A stretch of 64,000 bases of DNA. It comes from Callorhinchus milii. Its lineage: Eukaryota. Where the stretch lies: positions 136,712,001 to 136,776,000 of the forward strand of contig NW_024704742.1 of assembly GCF_018977255.1 (NCBI RefSeq), read 5' to 3'. Each line of letters starts with the position of its first letter. Positions within the stretch are counted from its first letter, which is position 1. A program made the position numbers and the translations under genes. The notes beneath the pieces were generated by a model. The model did no database searches and was not told where the DNA came from. It saw nothing but the letters and a program-made list of their open reading frames with translations. Shown here piece after piece: positions 61,367 to 64,000 of this stretch.

Positions 61367-62860
61367 GATGAGAGCATGGAAACGCATGAAAGCAGAACGT
61401 TTATGGAGATGGCTGGATGGGAGGGAGAGGGAGTCTGAGGATGAGGAAGTTTTGAAGGCGGGAGAGAAAGAGCAAGCAAATATATTTTGGGAGGGGGCGT
61501 ATTGTGGGGGCTTTGAGGCTGAGAGTTCCAGTTTTACCTTCCAATCTTTTCACCCTCTTACCCCACCCTACTGCAGTCTCCTTCAGCCCCATTCTCCTGC
61601 CTATACTCTCCTCCATTTATTTAGTCCCTCCATCCCAACGTTGGTGGTGGAGTTTTCAGCCACTGTGGAACTCTCTCCGAATATCCCTTGACCTTGCGCC
61701 TGTTCTTCGTGCCTGCAAAGGTTTGTAAAGAAAATCTCTGACCATATAATAATAAGCCTTGCATGTGATATTGCTGCTTTCATATCGAGAGGTTTTTCTC
61801 TGTTTACCTATTAGAGAGTAGGAACCCTAAGAATTTAGTTGATTGGGGGATGGCTTTTCCAGAGGTAATAATCTCTTCAAATAAATAAACAATTTGGTCG
61901 CTCAATCCTCGACTGTTTGTGGGACACAGCCGTGCGCAATTGGCTGTCGCTTTGCACCCAAAAATATAGTTATTTCACCTTACAGTATATTCTATGAAGC
62001 ACTTTGAGACATCTCAAAGATGTGATAAGGTGCTATATCAAATGTAAGGATCATTATATTATTATTATTATTAGCAGTGAGCACCTCCAAATTGAAGTTC
62101 CCCACCAACTTTGTAAAGTGCTTCGAGACGCTCAGGCGAGAGTGCCTGTAATACAACGGCACGACTCTGTCGTTGCCAATTCGATTTCAAGTGAAAGGTA
62201 AAAAAGAAAGAGCGCGGAATCTGTGAGACGTCAAATCGTGAGGGGCGCCCCCCCCCCCCCGATCCCCGCCGACAGCTCTCGTGTAGGTTAAGCACTTTGT
62301 AAAGCGGGTTGCACTGATGTGGAAAGGGTTAAACGGAGCTGGGACAGAGGATGCCTCCAGCCCTCAATTGTGCGGTGGCTCTGTCAGAGATCAGGGCCCA
62401 GGCTGAACAGATAAGAGAAGTGAGCACGCCAATCAGATTGGGGAAACGTTGGTTGGTGACAGTGTGTCTGTGTCTGTTCTCTGGTAATTGTTGCTGGTTA
62501 TTTTAGCCACTTACAGTGAAGGAACTCAGCCCACAAATTTGTATAAACCCAGAGTGCTGAAGCCTCTTTTGTTGTAGCTTAAACTTAAACTGAGCTTTTT
62601 TTATTCAGTCTCAATTTCTCTCTCTCTCTCTCTCTCTCTCTGTTTCTCTCTCTCTCCTCTCCTACCCACATTTCAGGACCTTTTTGCTCAACAGTATCTT
62701 TTTAACAAAACTATTTATTTGTTGGTAGATTACGTAGTGACACTTATCTCAGGGAGAATCAAGACCCGTCACAGAAAAAAGAGACGCAAGACTCTTGTTT
62801 TCCCTTCACAGGACCCAACCGACCCTTTTTACTCAACAATATGGTGTGTGTGTGTGTGTA

Positions 62861-62925
62861 CAACAACAACAAAATTATATTTGCATACACCTTTCACGTC
62901 GGGAGGACGTCCCAAGGCGCTGGAT
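62861..62925 (-). mobile_element. Isolated L2 terminal hairpin and (GTT)n tail
   Basis: Reverse complement reads 'ccagcgccttgggacgtcctcccgacgtgaaagg...ttgttgttgttg'. Confidence 0.8.
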
Positions 62926-63532
62926 GTATGTCTGTATGTATGTTTGTTTCCCAACCACCACCTCTCTCTTTTCTTTCAAGTCCAGGCCAGCCAGCCTTGT
63001 CTCTAGCTTGGCTTGTTCTCTGATGCATATCGCAGGCTGGCTGGATGGTAATCTCACAGAGAGGGGAGTAGGCAGCTAGTGCTCCCCAGTCGGGTTGGCA
63101 CATTTGTATGTAGACAGAGCTCGCTGTGGAGATGTTATCTCAGGCACATTGCATTTCTTCACAGCAAAACCACAGTTGTGATGTCTGTTTCCTGCCTATA
63201 GTCATTAGCTGACCGCAGGGTGAAGTTTAACCTGATGGCCCTATCCAGTAACTGGAGCAATCTGACTTTTCTTCTGCGCAGGTTTAGAGATACAACCTGA
63301 GCCACCCTCTGTACTCCCTTCTCAGACCCCCCCCTCCTCCTCTGAATTTCAGGTGTCAGCCTGCCTCAATCAGTGTTGTTCTGCTTCAGAATCTTATGGG
63401 TTCAAGTGCCACATCAGAACTCGAGCTCATCATCTAGGCTGGCACTCCAGCACGGTGATAACAACAATAATTATTCTTGCATTTGATACAGTGATTTTAG
63501 CAACGTCTCAAAATGCTTCATAAGATTCACTA

Positions 63533-63836
63533 TAATAATTATCCTGCACTTGAGACATCGTTGAGACATCTCAAAGTCTTCACAGAATATATTGTAAAGT
63601 GGATTGACTATTGGTGGGAGAAACGCCGCAGTCAATTGCGCACAGCAGTTTCCAACAACTTGTCATGGATCGAGTGAAGGGACTATTGCCCCGGGAAAAT
63701 GACCCGCCAATCAACTAACAACAGGTTCCTGCTTCCTGCTGGGCAAACGGAGGAATGTGGAGTAAGGAAACTTGCCTAGGGTTTTGCCCCGCCAGGAATC
63801 AAACCAGGGCCCTCTCGCTTACGAGGTGAGCGCACT
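63533..63836 (-). mobile_element. SINE subfamily A
   Basis: Middle domain and most of the head on the reverse strand. Confidence 0.82.
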
Positions 63837-64000
63837 GGTGAATTGATCATTCCCATTTTAGCTGTATGTTTGTGGACTTTTTTGTGGACAAACTTTCTGC
63901 TGCGTTTGCGAACACAAAACATACTATCTTATCTGGACATTCCTCAAAACTAATACTGGAGTTCTGCCCGTCCCTCTTCTGAGAAAAGTGGAGCAGATTT

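Noticed and set aside
2322..62310. Identical 16-mer CTTTGTAAAGCGGGTT at 2322 and 62295
   Set aside because: About one chance 16-nt match is expected in 64 kb, and the flanks are unrelated.
55433..64000. Search for the terminal DYM exon (KFPELKFKYVEEEQPEEFF...)
   Set aside because: Not found by eye; presumed downstream of the window.
1..64000. CRISPR-like or prokaryotic/viral systems suggested by the recurring palindromic 'agcgctttgagacgtc...gacgtgataaggcgct'
   Set aside because: Copies are dispersed, on both strands and irregularly spaced, and are SINE/L2 3' hairpins; there are no cas-like ORFs or operon structure.

Overview
Vertebrate genomic DNA, most likely a cartilaginous fish and probably a holocephalan/chimaera. 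The organism call is an inference from the repeat content. The whole window lies inside the 3' part of the Dymeclin (DYM) gene on the + strand. Three coding exons are visible (16376-16481, 54254-54436, 55319-55432) with canonical AG/GT ends and consistent phases. They are separated by a ~37.8 kb intron and an 882 bp intron; the preceding exon and the terminal exon were not found in the window. The introns are dense with retroposons: a tRNA-Ala-headed SINE with an (ATT)n tail in three subfamilies, an older Deu-domain (SacSINE1-like) SINE, other ancient SINE relics including an LF-SINE-like copy, and L2 and CR1 LINE 3' ends. There are also a hAT MITE, several palindromic MITE-like elements and repeat-free islands rich in SMAD/AP-1/RUNX/FOX:ETS motifs. 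Most notable observations: (1) a ~190 bp fold-back element with an intact minimal hammerhead-ribozyme core; (2) a chimeric SINE lineage showing stepwise deletion and replacement of its 3' hairpin loop with the L2-type loop; (3) a 297-nt stop-free exon pair flanked by inverted SINE tails (circRNA candidate); (4) repeated SINE insertion into one short stretch of a CR1 3' UTR; (5) candidate long-range SMAD7 enhancers. Apart from DYM and decayed LINE ORF2 remnants, I see no credible gene in the ORF track. Repeat family names come from recalled consensus sequences, not from a database search.
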